Shown here: piece by piece, positions 39,858-54,539 of the stretch | How positions within the stretch are numbered: the first letter of the stretch is position 1 | Layout of the letters: each line of letters opens with the position of its first letter | From: Octopus bimaculoides | Taxonomy: Eukaryota | Direction of reading: 5' to 3' | NCBI RefSeq assembly: GCF_001194135.2 | Contig: NC_068988.1 | Location: 89,267,672 to 89,331,671 of the forward strand | Length of the DNA stretch: 64,000 nucleotides | The notes under the pieces: model-generated | The model's database searches: none | What the model was told of the DNA's origin: nothing | What the model saw: the letters and a program-made list of their open reading frames with translations, nothing else | Translations under genes and position numbers: made by a program

Positions 39858-40739
39858 ATAACTGCAGATATGAAATCCAATTTAAACGGTAGATCCGACG
39901 CTGAGGTTCATCCTTGGTTTGACATTTGTATAAAAATAAACATAAATGGCGTTCAAATTTCTGACTAATATTTCGATAAAATTTTATTAACGCATTCGAA
40001 GATAAAACATCATAACATTATCCATCCAGTGAAAATTTACACTTGTCAGACTTTGAACATCTGATATTTCTTCTGTATACTTGAACGAATACAACATCAT
40101 AGATCACTAATATATGAGTGAATTAATAAAACTATACCGAAACAGTTGTCGTAGATTTTACTTACACACACATACACAAATTCACTTACACACGCATACA
40201 CAAAAACAGACGGTCCCATAGAGGACACTGTTGCTGGTGTTTTTAGCGTCAGGAATACATCTCCAGTTAGCTTACGACACACTGTCAGTGCCCAATTAGT
40301 ATTTGCAAGGAGAGGTCATCGCTCCTTACGTGATATACAGAGACCCGGGATTCTGGGTGGTTACCTGTCTTCAGTGTGTGATTATCAGCAGTAAGTGATG
40401 AAAACCCATCCCACTCGCAAAATAATATATAATTTCTCTAGTAAGAAACTGTCGCTGATCTCGAGAAAGGAGAAATAAGCTCTATTAAATCTCCGTGTGA
40501 GAGGTATAGAGTAACAGTACGGAATCGTAAAATATATTTGCCAATTAAATGTGGCATTCCCATAGAGGACGATGTAACTGTTGTTTTTAGCCCAAGAAAG
40601 ACATAGCAGAAGTAACACTGTATTACATCTGTTAAATACTAATAAAAAAATATATGTATACATATACTAATATTTTGAGTTTTACTTTTCCTCTTTGCAT
40701 CACCACTTCTCTCTCTCTCTCTATCTCTCTCTCTCTCTC

Positions 40740-40779
<40 letters not shown>

Positions 40780-42687
40780 GTTGTATATATTAGCGTGATC
40801 GAGAGAGAACGCGCACCCGTGTATGTGCGAATGTATACTCAGGCACGCTACTTCAGTTATAAGTATTTCGTATATACATACCATTGATTTTGTTATGAAT
40901 GCAAGAAGCCCTAACAGAGAGGTTACTGAACGGCAACACCATATCCTTACACCAATATAAACGACGATCGCCATTAATGTTATTGACAACATAGCATATG
41001 TGAATATTTAACACAAACTAATAATCTAATTTATGATTCGTAGATTGCATACTTGTTCAAAGGACATTATTGCATTGAATACCCAAACACACTTAAGTCT
41101 ACATACTGATGCACTTAACACTCATTCTTAAATAATGCAGGTACTAAAACGCTGCATAATTTTAGACCCAAATAACTACTTGAGACATGTCCACAGTAAA
41201 ATATAGATAACTATTTTAACTTGAATATTTGTTCGATTTTAGTGGTATAGCCTGTATTATTCAATCTGTTTTACAATATTATAATGGAGCTTTTAGAGTA
41301 ATTTAATATACTATTGAATTTTTTATAATATTATAAGCCAAATTTTAGAGTAATGTATTTTATTAATCTCTCTTTATATCGGTTGCCATATTTAAGTCAC
41401 CTGAAATCCTTCTTCTCTTTTATTCTCGAGACAGACGTAAATGAAGCTTATTCGCTTGTTGAGAGAAGAACCATTCATGTATTAGTACACATATATAGGC
41501 ACTAACATAAACACATATATACCGGTAAGTGGTAACTTAACTAAGAGATTTTTTTTTAATCGAGCAGAATTTCCTGTAACTGGATAACATTTTAAAATCT
41601 CCTACTCAATTTAATAATCAGCTTTTTCATTCACCTCCATGGTGATTCAGTTTTGCGGCCTTATAACAGTCTGTATTAACGAAACTTCTGTCTCCTAAAC
41701 GTACTTTAATTCGTTATACTCTACACTTTCTTGCATAAACTTCCGTATTATTCACTACTCAGACCTCGTCTTTAGTTCTCTGTCTCTTTCTCTCTTCTGC
41801 TATGTGTTTGTGTCCATGCCTGTCTGTCTGTTGGTTTGTGTCTCTGTTTTTATATCGCTGCATTTCTCTTTCTATAAGTACGCATATGTTTCTCTGTGCA
41901 TTAGCAATATTATTTTCTTCCACTATTCGTATACGTGTTAGTCAGCGAATCTCTCCGATCAGCTATGCTAAAATTAACGTTCGTTTTTTTATATGTCCTT
42001 TACTTTAAACATTTCTGATTCTGTTTCATTATTTTCTTATGCACTGTATATGGCTCCCGTTCCTGTCGCTGTCTATCTCTTTCTGTCTGTATCTCCCCCC
42101 CCCCACTCTCTCACTCTCTGGCGGGGACTGTCTGTAGGTCTATCTGTGTCTCTGGGTCACTCTCTCTGACTCTCGCTGTCTCTTTCTGTCACTGTGTTTC
42201 TCTCTGTCGCTGTGTCACATTGTGTCGCTTTATGTCTCTCTCTTAGCCTCATTCTATCTCTGTGTCTCCTCTCTCTGTCGCTCTCTCCTTGCACCCCACT
42301 CTTTCTCTGTTGCATTCTTTCTCGGCGATTCTTTTTTTATCTCTCTCTCCCTGTTCCTTTCTATCTCTATTTGCTATTCTCTCTCATTCTCTCTTTCAAT
42401 CCCTCGCTCTATCTCAATTTATTTCTATCACTTTCAGACATGCTGTCTGTGTTTCATAACAGTTATTCGTCAATGTCACTAATTTCTTAGTTGCTCTTTC
42501 TCGTTTTGTCAATCGTATGTCGTTACTATTTTCATTTCTGCGCCATACACTTTTTGTTATTTACTCGTTCACGATACACCGTTAATTGTTTCCTGTATCA
42601 CCTTTTCACTCACTATTTCACAGAGACAATTTTAACTTTTATTTTCTCTTTCTATATACGTACACACATACATACAAGGACACACTC

Positions 42688-42798
<111 letters not shown>

Positions 42799-43296
42799 CA
42801 CAGCCATAATCACTCATAAACGCACATTCATGTATAAAGAGAGTGGATAGGTGCAAGTAGCGAACTCAATTTTTGTCTTATCATATCTACTTATATGCTT
42901 TCCCATCTATCTGTCTTGTCGTTTCTCTCCTACATCTATAACTACTTATTTCACCACACACCGTTTCCAAATAACTACATCTTTTCTATGAGATAATGTA
43001 TTCATTATTTATTCATCATTGCAGGTATAGGCATATGTATATACATATATGCGTGCTAACACATACGTGCTGATGCCTCTAGCAAACTAGCTCTCACACC
43101 TCACTGTCTATCTCTATCTCAAGATATGTGTGTGTGTGTGTGTACATATGTATGTATGCATACACAGAGCGAAAGCGAGAGATACGGAGAATGAGTGGGG
43201 AACATTAAAGAAATCTTGAAATATATGGGGTGATGAAGTCTGACAAATAAGTTTTATAGAGCGGAAGAAAAAGTGACTCTCATATGTGTGTGTATG

Positions 43297-43361
<65 letters not shown>

Positions 43362-46300
43362 TTACAAATACATATACACATATGTATACAAGACCAACGT
43401 AACAAAATGACAAGAGATCAACGTATGAAAAATAATACAACGGACAATAGATGGTTTTGTTGTTGGTTTAGAACTTATGTTTAAGTGTACAGACGGATGA
43501 ACTTAGACAAACATATTTTGTTATGCTGTTCTCTCACATTATTCTAAACAATACATAGCACTACCGAATCAATATAACTTTGTGACTCGATATATTGCAA
43601 CGTAACTGCGTAGTCAATTGGTGGCACCGTTGTTGATAGTAGATCTGCAAACCTTACTTACTATTTTCCAAATCTGAACTCTCTGAATTTAGGTCCGATC
43701 TTTTTTGGCACTACGCTCCCTCCGTTCTCATTCTAACAGTCCAAGTTTGAAGACAGGTGGATTGTTAAAATATTCGATATGATTCCCTGTGGTAAATAGC
43801 TCAACATAAATAGTTCAAAGATATTTTCGAGAGAATGACGAAATTTGCTATTTGCTTAAAACATCGTTAGTAACGAGGAGGAAGAAATCATGCTCGTATA
43901 ATAAACTGTTAGTTTTACACATCATCGTCATCATCACCATTGTCATCATCATCAACACCGTCGTCGTCGTTGTTATCATCATCATCATCCAATTTTTTTT
44001 TCTCTTATCTTAATCGATAATTTCAATCTCAAGTGTTCTGCATTTCTTCCGGTTGACCACGTTGAATATCTAAAACCCTCAAAGCACAATTTTCCTCTCG
44101 AACAAATCGGCTTAAATGAAATAAGTACTTATAAATTCCTTGAATTTTATTGCATGTCCACCTTCGAAATTTTTATCTGTGTTTCTAAAGATTGGTAGAA
44201 TCTTTAGAACATCAAACAGCATATATTTATTTCCTTTTTATATCAAATTTACATTTTTCTTCCGGAAACAAAAAATAAATTACCATTGGAATGAAATTCG
44301 ATTCAGTCAAGGAACTATGTCTCCCCACCCCACCAACTCAAACTTTTGTTTATACGTGTATGTTAGTATTATTTTCATTATCACATTTATTATTCATTAG
44401 TTGCGAAAACCCGAAGAAGCGTATTTCGTTAAATAACAATTATTTTCAACATGGAGAACATTCACAAAATATCCAAAGGGAACAAGAATAATTAACTTCA
44501 ACGAGAATGTTCAAGATTAAGAAACATTTCCAGTGTCAGGGAACATTTTAAAGTTCAATAAATGCAGTATGTAGGAAGAACAACACAATTTTTTTATGCA
44601 CCCTAGTTTTAGTTCTATCTAGAATGTATTTTAAATGTAACCTTCCAGATATTCTACCAAAATCTTTAGATATAAGTTTCGGGATATGTCAATCTTTTGA
44701 ATTATGAATAGTCATCCCTTTCTGTCATACCATTTTTAGTTTCACAGTTAGATTTGTTGTCTTCAGATGAATTTTGTTTTACTAGTTAGACTTTTGGTAT
44801 TATCATACTAATAGGTAAAATAACGTAATATCGTAATGGATATTTTGGCAGATTTTAACGCACTATGTAGGATTCATTACGTACACTAAATTCGGTAGTA
44901 TCTTCCCATGCTAATTCATACGTGTACCGCAGTAAGGCGTATATATATACCTGTATTTTGTTTGCCGAAGCTAGTGTGGACCAACCTGCTCCGTTGCTAG
45001 GGATTGTCTCATATAGGTGTCATTCGTCAACTATTGTATTAAACATGGTTATTTACGGTACAATTGATGGTGATGGTCTTCTCATGCATCGCAAATACTG
45101 TCGGTTGTGCTAGTCTATTCGCGATAACACAAGGAATCTGTTAGAGAAATAATTTTAAAATCATATAAGGTACATCCAGTTCATGAAAATATCAGTCATG
45201 CTAAGGTAGATCTCTTTGTTTATTCACTACGGTTATCAATATGTCCATGTTTTGTGCTGCTTTATGTTCACTCCTCGGCTTAGTTTACTTTTGATATTAT
45301 CAGTACGAATGCTAATCCGATTTCTTTGAAGAAATTTACTGCAGCTGACATAGTTTACTTGCTAATGTTTAGTCCTCAAATCCACCTAGGAAGTCTATTT
45401 GCAAGTTCGAAAAGTAATAGGCAAATATAATAATTTTTTTAGTTCCTGTATTGCTCACTTCTTACACATATAGAATCACTCACTGTCAGTCTTATAGTAT
45501 ACTTTGTGGGGTTCGTTTACATGATATCTCCAATTATAGTCCATGGAACCTTGTTCTCTTACGTTATCGTTAAATGTGCACAGAGCATAAGTTATCGCTG
45601 CAACTAATCGTATGTTCAACGCACATAAAATACACTTAGTACTGCAATAAGTTTTTCAGAAATGTCTATCTATGTCAAAACATAAATATTTCATTCTCCT
45701 GCAAAGAACTCTCAGATATGTGTGCACGCATCCACACGCATACAGTGAGACAAACACACACATAAGATTATAATAGCATAGATGAGGTTGATGATGATTA
45801 TAATAATAATAAATACACATACAGACGCACGCACACACACACACACACACATGTATACACAGACGCTGGGTAATGAGATAAGAGAGTATTGTTCAAACGG
45901 TACTATGGAATTAGTCTTACCGAGTTAAAATTCCCAAAATGTGTTGAAAAAATATTCATAATATATTATGTATTATGTGAAGATGCAACATAATTATATA
46001 GAGTTAAAATATTAGGCGGGAAGTGCTTGAATCTGCTACGACTTATAAAGAAATTAAGTATAATATACGTGATATATCGGAGCGCTAATAACGCTACTTT
46101 AAAAATATATTGGCAAAAACATGTGAATGTGCAGTGTATTTCAACGCATTGAAATAAACATGCAGAAAGTTACATGGATAGGAATGTAATACGTCTATAT
46201 TTAAACATTTAAACCTATGGAAAAAGTGGAAATTACACGCCAAAACCAAAATATATGTATATATATTTATGGATGTTTGCTAAAATGGAGTGTCGTCAAC

Positions 46301-47073
46301 CAAATATCATATACATTATGAGCTTTGCAAGAGCACAGATTTTTGTTCTTAAAATATTGCAATGATACTATATCCTAAAATCAAAGAATGACTTAAAACG
46401 TATTATTGAAAGTTTATGGATTTTAGTAGACATCTTTGTGCTATTCGACTTCTAGTATTGAAATTATTTCTATAATTTCCCACATAACTATAAATGAACC
46501 CGAAAATACCTATTTGAGATTTCAATTAATTGCTTGAAAATATTTATTTTCTGATTCCCATTTGTCCGGTGATATTATATAGATTTGAATGCATGAACAA
46601 TATTCCAAGTCGACTAAATCGAAGCGGCACATTAAGATCGATAAAATTTTAGCCTGTATTTTTGAAATATTTGCATTAAAATATATCTGGAATATATAAT
46701 TTACATATGAATATAATAACATCAAAACAACTTATTCAATTAATATAGTCCCTTCCCAAAAAATATAGTCCTCTTAACATGCGAGTCCCCTCAATTAAAC
46801 ATGTTAAATTAATTATTTTCCTTAATAATAAGTATCCTTTAAATATAAATTCACTTAGGAATCTACCAAATGAAACAACGTATTCAATATTGCAGAGAAA
46901 TAATTTTAAAGTATCATTATCTCGTACTAACTTTCATTTATCATTGCTTATGTTTGTGAGAAATTAATTTCTGACCTAAATATTTCTTGTGAATACATTG
47001 ATACAGTACCATTCATATTAATGCAAACATATTTGAAAGTAGCTTTTGGCTTCAAGATAAAGAAAGTTTCCGG

Positions 47074-47094
47074 AATCTGGCACAAAATGCTGGT

Positions 47095-47137
<43 letters not shown>

Positions 47138-47185
47138 TAGAGATATATATATATATGTATGTATACTAGCATTTTGTGCCAGATT
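47074..47185. repeat. Inverted repeat (about 32-bp arms) enclosing a (TA)n tract
   Basis: AATCTGGCACAAAATGCTGGTATACATACATA against TATGTATGTATACTAGCATTTTGTGCCAGATT: one mismatch, a G-T pair. Confidence 0.9.
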
Positions 47186-47682
47186 TTACCTAATTGTATA
47201 GTACGTTTAAAGCGTTTGCATTGAAATGTTACAGCATCACCATTGAACATGTCTACATATATATTGGCCTGTACAGGTAATTTTAAGATTCAGCGTGTTT
47301 GCAACAAGTGTCAGTCTGACATTGTGATTCTGAAAGTGAATTTTCTGACGGTAAAGTCAAATGCTTGAGAATGCCTACATACAACATATTACATGAAGTG
47401 CGTAGCTCAGCCACCCTTACGCCTGAACTAGTCATCCATCGCTATTAAGATTCTCCTCATGCTTTTATGAAACAAATCTTCTTTTGTTCAGTAAAGAAAA
47501 TCTGTACCTCAATTCTTTTTATTTTCGGTTACTCGCAGATCAAAATAATTACTGAACGATTCCCGAATACAGCCATCACAATCTGTTTATTTCTTGTGTG
47601 TATATATTAGATATTGAAATTCTCGAGTGTGTTGGGTATGATGTATGGGTAATTTACCTGATAATTCTAGAAGGCTGACTGA

Positions 47683-47718
<36 letters not shown>

Positions 47719-48804
47719 TTTCTTTCTCTCTTCTCGTTGAGCACCTAAACTATTTCAATAAATGAATTCCATTCAATCATTTAGGTTATCTTCACATTTA
47801 TATACGCATTATCTCTCACACACACGCAGCACAAAGGCACACATCTACAAAGGCACACATAAATATAAAGATGTCTAAACACATGCACATGCTTAGAAAC
47901 ACAGGCAAGTATGTAACCACACTTAAAGAAACGTTCACTTTTCCAGATAAACAGACAAGTAACTTGTGCATGCACATACAACGTATCACCTCATAATACA
48001 TACAATCGCGGACTCTTATATACAACCACCCAAACAAACACACACGGACACACAAAACACATACACACATTATATTTCTATTTAAGACAATTGTTTACGA
48101 TTTTGGTGATAGTAGCGGTGGTAGAGATGTGAATGAAGAGTTGTGGTGAAGATGATAGAAGAGATGATGGCGGATGTGTGTGCATGGAGACAAATAGGGA
48201 GGTTGGCAAAAAGTTGTTGAGAATGAGAAGTAAAGGAGAAGAAGAATAAAATAGGGTGAGGATATGTAAGAGGAGGAGGATAATGAAGACTAGGTCGTCG
48301 ATCATTTAAAATTGGTTCAATATCGAAATGGAACTTCGATGATAAGTAAGAAAGGAAAGAAAGAAGAACAGAAAAAAAATTACCGATGTTTGGCAGCAAT
48401 GTATACAACAGCTACAAAAACAATAATATTGGCCACAACAACATCAATCGCAATAACTACAACAACAACATAAAGAACATTAGCAATAATAACTACAAAC
48501 AGAAGATCAGGGCAGACAATAACAACAACAACAACTGGAATAGCAATAAGAATAACAATAACAACAACAGATCAGCCGGTCGTCGTTCAACATTGCCAGA
48601 ATCTGCCGTGATTTCTATTTTATCTGTTTGGAAATGTTTCACCAATATTTTATTGGATGTTTCTTTAAACACCCATTTATCCATCAGTCTATATACACAC
48701 TCACACACACACACACATATGCATTGATACCGGATGATACCATACACAAGTAAATATATGCAAGCATACATGCATACATACATATATATATATATATATG
48801 TATG

Positions 48805-48853
<49 letters not shown>

Positions 48854-49439
48854 NNNNNNNNNNNNNNNNNNNNNNNNNNNNNNNNNNNNNNNNNNNNNNN
48901 NNNNNNNNNNNNNNNNNNNNNNNNNNNNNNNNNNNNNNNNNNNNNNNNNNNNNNNNNNNNNNNNNNNNNNNNNNNNNNNNNNNNNNNNNNNNNNNNNNNN
49001 NNNNNNNNNNNNATATATATATATATGAAGACGGAGAGAGACAGAGAGAAGTGAGAGACAAAAAAAGATACGTAAATATTCGTGCACAGCGATACACACA
49101 GATGCACATAACCTACCAAATATACTTTAGTGCTGAAAGTAGACCTAATGCAAGAACAGGATATTTCAGCAGACTTCAAAAATTATTTAAGTATTGAACT
49201 ATGAAATCTGCCTAGTGTTATACTGTAATGTTTTAGAAATAGCAATGTTATAACCGACATTAGAGGAATGTATATTGTTGAGGTCAAGGGAGACATTAAA
49301 CCCCCTTGTTAACTTAGGCATCAAGAGGTATAAAAAATATTTTCAAAGGAAATTCACGACCTCATTGTGTCTCGTACAGATCAACTGCCCAGAAAAATCA
49401 TGAAGAGAAACCTTGATATTAGTTTCAACGTTTGGAATA

Positions 49440-49550
49440 AAATGGCAGCAATTTCAGTGAGTGAGTAACTCAATTACATCGACCCTAGTAAACAACTGAT
49501 ACTTATTTTATTACTCCTAAAACGCTAAAAGGCAAAAATCAACCTTAAGT
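49440..49550 (-). mobile_element. SINE family B remnant
   Basis: Minus strand GGTTGATTTTTGCCTTTT...AATAAGTATCAGTTG...GGGTCGATGTAATTGAGT. Confidence 0.6.
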
Positions 49551-50064
49551 GACTTTATCATATTAACATCATAATGTGAACATTATATCAGAACCTCATG
49601 TCTCACGTAATATACAACAGCGTGTTAATTCCTGATGTATTTGCAGTTTCATACCAATAATGCACGTCCGACATGACATCAGGTGAACTAAAGGAATCGG
49701 AGAATAATCAGAAACTAAAACAAATCCAATAAACTTTGGATATTTAATGATGGGAAAATTTAAGCTCAGACGTTCAGTCATTCTATTAGTTAGCAATAGG
49801 GGTTCTGGTTATGCATCGCATATAATGTTTATTGTTTTCAAAACTCCCCAACTGGACATTTTAATAACAACATAAATATGTACACGATTCAACACCGACA
49901 TTCAAATTCACTCTCGAGCAATTCCATATCTCTCAATCACTCTCTCATCTATGTCGCTCTCACACCTTCACCTCTTTTCTCCCCCTTCTCTCTCCCCCCT
50001 CTCTCTCTCTATCTATCTATCTCTACTCACACAAACACATACGCTCATATATGTAGACATAGTA

Positions 50065-50104
<40 letters not shown>

Positions 50105-50632
50105 GCAGGCAGATGGCCAGACAGTTAGAAAGATAGATGGATAATAATGAGAGGGAGAGAGATGTAGATATAGATTTAGATAAACAAACACGCACACGCA
50201 CGCATAAATAAGAAAGTATATACCACATACTTTTTTTTTATAAATACAATACTAGAAGAACTAACATAAATACACGATACCAAAATCAATATAACAGATA
50301 TTATCCCAAGGAAAGTCATATTTTTGTCATTTTCATCCCTTCCAATTATAGTGATAGAACATTGAACAAGTATCTGTCTTGTTATCATGTACTCAAGATT
50401 TAATATTGTATGTATGGGTATATTTGTGTGTGTGTGTGTGCGTGTGTGTATGTGTGTGTGTGTATATGTGTGTGCGTTTATCTATAAATATACAGAGAAA
50501 GATCATGACATAAAGGGATAAGCATGATGTACAAAGATACAGAGAGAATACTGAAAAACTAATTTCGTTATTGTCAAATCAATCAAATACATATACTGTG
50601 TGTGTTTGTTTGGGTGCGTGTGTTTATATGTA

Positions 50633-50745
50633 GGTGCAGGAGTGGGCGTGTAGTAAGAAGTTTCCTTCCCAACTACATAGTTCCGGGTTCAGTCCCACTG
50701 CGTCGCTCCTTGGACAACTGTCTTCTTCTATAGTTTCAGGACTAC
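50633..50745 (+). mobile_element. SINE family A, 3'-truncated
   Basis: AAGAAGTTTCCTTCCCAACTACATAGTTCCGGGTTCAGTCCCACTGCG matches the 3431-3596 copy. Confidence 0.75.
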
Positions 50746-50759
50746 CAGCTTTCTCATTC

Positions 50760-51340
50760 CAATTAGCCTAATTTGTCGATATTGGTATTTAGGCAGTGTG
50801 TTACATATTCTCGCGTCGCAATAATTACAGGTATAGACCTGAACTTGTAATCTAAATAGAGTAACTGCAGATTTCTCCAATGCCTAGCGTAGGTCTTCTC
50901 TTTTCACTGATCCTCAGCTGTATGTCAACATCTGCTGGGCAGCTAATTTCTACAACTGTACACAGTTTCTCTTCTCTAACCCAAATTATTATATCAGGTG
51001 TGTTGTGCTTACATTTTATTGAGGTCTTCACTGGGACATTCCACCAGAACATTTTTATTTTATTTTATTATGAGTGGCTATAGCTTCTACCATATTGTAG
51101 GTTATTATTTCCTTGTTCTCAGGGATATCCTTCCGACGGATTTCAGGATAGAATGTCCTAGCTTCAACATCATGTCTCATCGGTAGATAATACCGTGATG
51201 ACATTTTCGGACATCCGCTTATGATGTGGATGATATCTTCGGTGTTATCTCCATAAACTTTGAGTCGGTTGTCACATTTTACTGCTTTACCTGGGCCGAC
51301 TTGACATCCACATTTTATCCAAGCACCCGAAGAAGCCACC
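50760..51340 (-). mobile_element. R4/Dong-like C-terminal fragment (CCHC plus restriction-like endonuclease)
   Basis: TEDIIHIISGCPKMSSRYYLPMRHD, then WWNVPVKTSIKCKHNTPDIIIW.REEKLCTVVEISCPADV (PD..D/E motif). Confidence 0.85.
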
Positions 51341-51549
51341 ACTCAGACAAATGCAGGAGTACGTCCTGATAAATGAAACATCCCGCGTACTAAATAAGAG
51401 ACACACGTCGGAGGTAGTGATAACCCTATACTCACAGTATATACGTACACATATAGATTTCTTAGTAGACCGTTATGTAGGCGAATATAGATGTATAAGT
51501 AGGTAAATGGATATGTAGGTAAACAAATAGCATACACATATATATACAT

Positions 51550-51780
51550 GCGGCGAGCTGGCAGAAACGTTAGCACGCCGGGCGAAATGCTTAACGGTAT
51601 TTCGTCTGCTGCTACGTTCTGAGTTCAAATTCCGCCGAGGTCGACTTTGCCTTTCATCCTTTCGGGGTCGATTAAATAAGTACCAGTTACGCACTGTGGT
51701 CGATATAATCGACTTAATCCGTTTGTCTGTCCTTGTTTGTCCCCTCTGTGTGTAGCCCCTTGTGGGTAGTAAAGAAATAA
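51550..51780 (+). mobile_element. SINE family B, well preserved, with an alternative 3' tail
   Basis: GCGGCGAGCTGGCAGAAACGTTAGCACGCCGGGCG...GTTCTGAGTTCAAATTCCGCCGAGGTCGACTTTGCC; tail GTTTGTCCCCTCTGTGTGTAGCCCCTTGTGG. Confidence 0.9.
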
Positions 51781-52279
51781 CACATATATATATACATGCG
51801 CAAAAGGAGACGAAAACACATGACCATATACACATACGCACACAGGCACACACACACAAAGACGCATATGGAGACACACATCCCTATATAACAGACGCAC
51901 GTACATAGTCACACAAACTCATACAGATACACACATTCAAACACGCACACACACGGAGGCAGAGGCACACACATAAATACACACGCATACAAATATACAA
52001 ACATGCACAAGCAAACACAGGAATATGCAAAATACATACATACAAACGTACACACGCACATACATATGTATAGGCAGACACACATACGTAATACATACAT
52101 ACATATATACAAGCATACATATATACATATATGTATACAGATGTACGCTGACGCACATATATGCGCACAAACAAACAAAAAGAACGCAGCTCCGATAATG
52201 GACAGAGTCAATATCTATAGAAGAGGTTGCAAGAAACAACGAAAATTTTAGAAAAACAAATAAGTAAGTCACTCATTGA

Positions 52280-52313
<34 letters not shown>

Positions 52314-52909
52314 CTTTGAATAGATATAGATAGATAGATAGATAGATATAGATAGATAGATATAGATATAGATAGATATAGATATATATAGATAGATAGA
52401 TATATATATAGAGAGAGAACGAGAGCGAGATATACAAATAGACAGCAGCAGAGAATTACATAGATAAACAGAAACGTTTACATATGTGCGACTTTCTCTG
52501 ACATAGCTTGACATTTGGTTTGCATATTTTTTTCTGTAACGTAGCGGCACTTTGCATGTGCGACAATCGTTTCTAGTAACAGATACTAGTTATATTAGCG
52601 CGGGTTGTTGTCGCGTGTAACTCCAAATATAATGAACAGTAATTTCGCTACCCTCGTCGTTGTTTAGTGGAATATCAGTCCGTTACCGACAGCGGGCTAT
52701 ACGCGAGTGTGATGTTTGCAATGTTTGGAAGAATATGGATGGATTGTATTCTATACGGACGCTGGGATTAAATACTATGACATTGCGTATAGAACAGGTA
52801 GGCCTATGGTTGTATATCTAGATGGTCAGTTACTAAGTAGCTTGATGTTTATCAACCGGACGTACATCTGATGATAACATTAAGATAGTTCATTCTTTCT
52901 AGTAATGTA

Positions 52910-53200
52910 TATATGAGGTTGGTAAAAAGAATGTGTAGTCTTTCGCCGAGTCAGATTTAGCAATTTCAAGTTACAGGTGAGAAAGGATAGACCCTTTCAC
53001 GATATTCCATTTAGTACTAGTGAACTCATTCCAGTGGTTGCAAAGCCCGCCAAAGAAGAAAATACCTTGTGTCGTTTTTACAGCATTACTATCACGGGAA
53101 CTAAACTGACTAAGAAAATTATTTTTTCAAGAAGAATATTGAGGTTGTCCCAAATCTTTTTCACTTCCTGATATCTGTAGACATGGACGTGTCTTAATCT
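52910..53200 (-). mobile_element. Possible mariner 3'-end remnant with TIR
   Basis: TATATGAGGTTGGTAAAAAG resembles a mariner TIR with TA. Minus-strand LCNHWNEFTSTK weakly resembles the mariner C-terminus (L..RW.KC...G.Y). Confidence 0.4.
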
Positions 53201-53748
53201 TCCAGGAAACACTGTATATATGTCTTCGGACGTGGGAAAAAATGTAAAATTGGTTGTGTTTGGTTTATATGCCACGAGTCTGGCCAAATATGTATGTGAA
53301 ACACAGGGCCCAAAAGCCACTTCAGGAGGAAATTAAACAACTCATCAACAACTTATTCTCATTTCGTTATTGTTCCAGACAAGCTTATCTATGATATATG
53401 CGGCAAAGTCTACGAGTGCCGCCCCGGATTCCCATGACATTTGAAACTCCAAAATGATCTTTCACCTAAGAGGCCTAACTGCTTGGCCAAAAATACGGAT
53501 ATAGTTTACAGACTTTGCGGAAAACCTGTAAGTCTCTAACGAGTTTCCTGAGTCACTATCGATCTCAAGTTCGTAGGAACAATGAGTTTAAGTCTACTTT
53601 CCAGCGATAGTTATGGTCATCGAACGAGTAGACAGCCATCATGTGTGAATACTCGGGCATAAAATTCAGTCGTATACAAATTACTGCTATTACATTAAAT
53701 GAAGGCAGGACTAATACAGATTGCATATATATACATACACACACACCG

Positions 53749-53785
<37 letters not shown>

Positions 53786-54539
53786 ATATATATTAGCCAA
53801 ATCATACACACATATACGCTCATATATATACAATGATGAATCCTCAAATCGAAAGCTATTAAGCTGATAGGAGGATAAAGAGATAATGGAGGACTTATTT
53901 ATACAATGTGTCAAGATAAAAGAATTATTGAATTAAATTTAGTTGATCAGGAAAAAAATGTTAATGCGATTTAAAAATATCTGAAAATATTAAATCTTAA
54001 GGTAGTGATATGTTAGAATATGTGGAACAAGAGCGCACGTTGTGTGTGTGATTTAACGACCCTAATTCTTTAAGACGCTAACTCGCTAAAAGTGATATAT
54101 AAGTACATTTAACAATTTAATATATGTATATAAATGTAAGGATGTTTAAAACATTGTTATGAATACATACTGTTATGGCGTGGGTATACACGTCTACTGT
54201 AGAATGGTATTACATAAATGAATAGTTTTTCCTGGTTATCTAAAATTAACCTATCACAGAAATATATGTTAACCGAGAATGCACTCCGTATTACTCGAAC
54301 GTAGGTACGATATTCGGTGTTCACTGTTCAACTACCGACTGTCAAACGAACATACACCGAACTAATACGGAAAACTAACACGTTCGAACATTGCCAACTA
54401 GTATTTCTTTTATTTAGAACAAAAGACAAGGCGCACAGTGGACAGCACAAGGACAGACAGAACACCACAGTGGGGACAATAAAACATAGAACGAATGAAT
54501 GAAGGATGAATCATATTAAGGGTGATGAAATGACTGCAT

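Noticed and set aside
45250-45420. Minus-strand AAVNFFKEIGLAFV resembling an RT C-terminal motif
   Set aside because: A single weak motif with no supporting neighbours.
54313-54362. Small hairpin TTCGGTGT...ACACCGAA as a pre-miRNA
   Set aside because: Only about 13 paired positions, with a bulge and a large loop.
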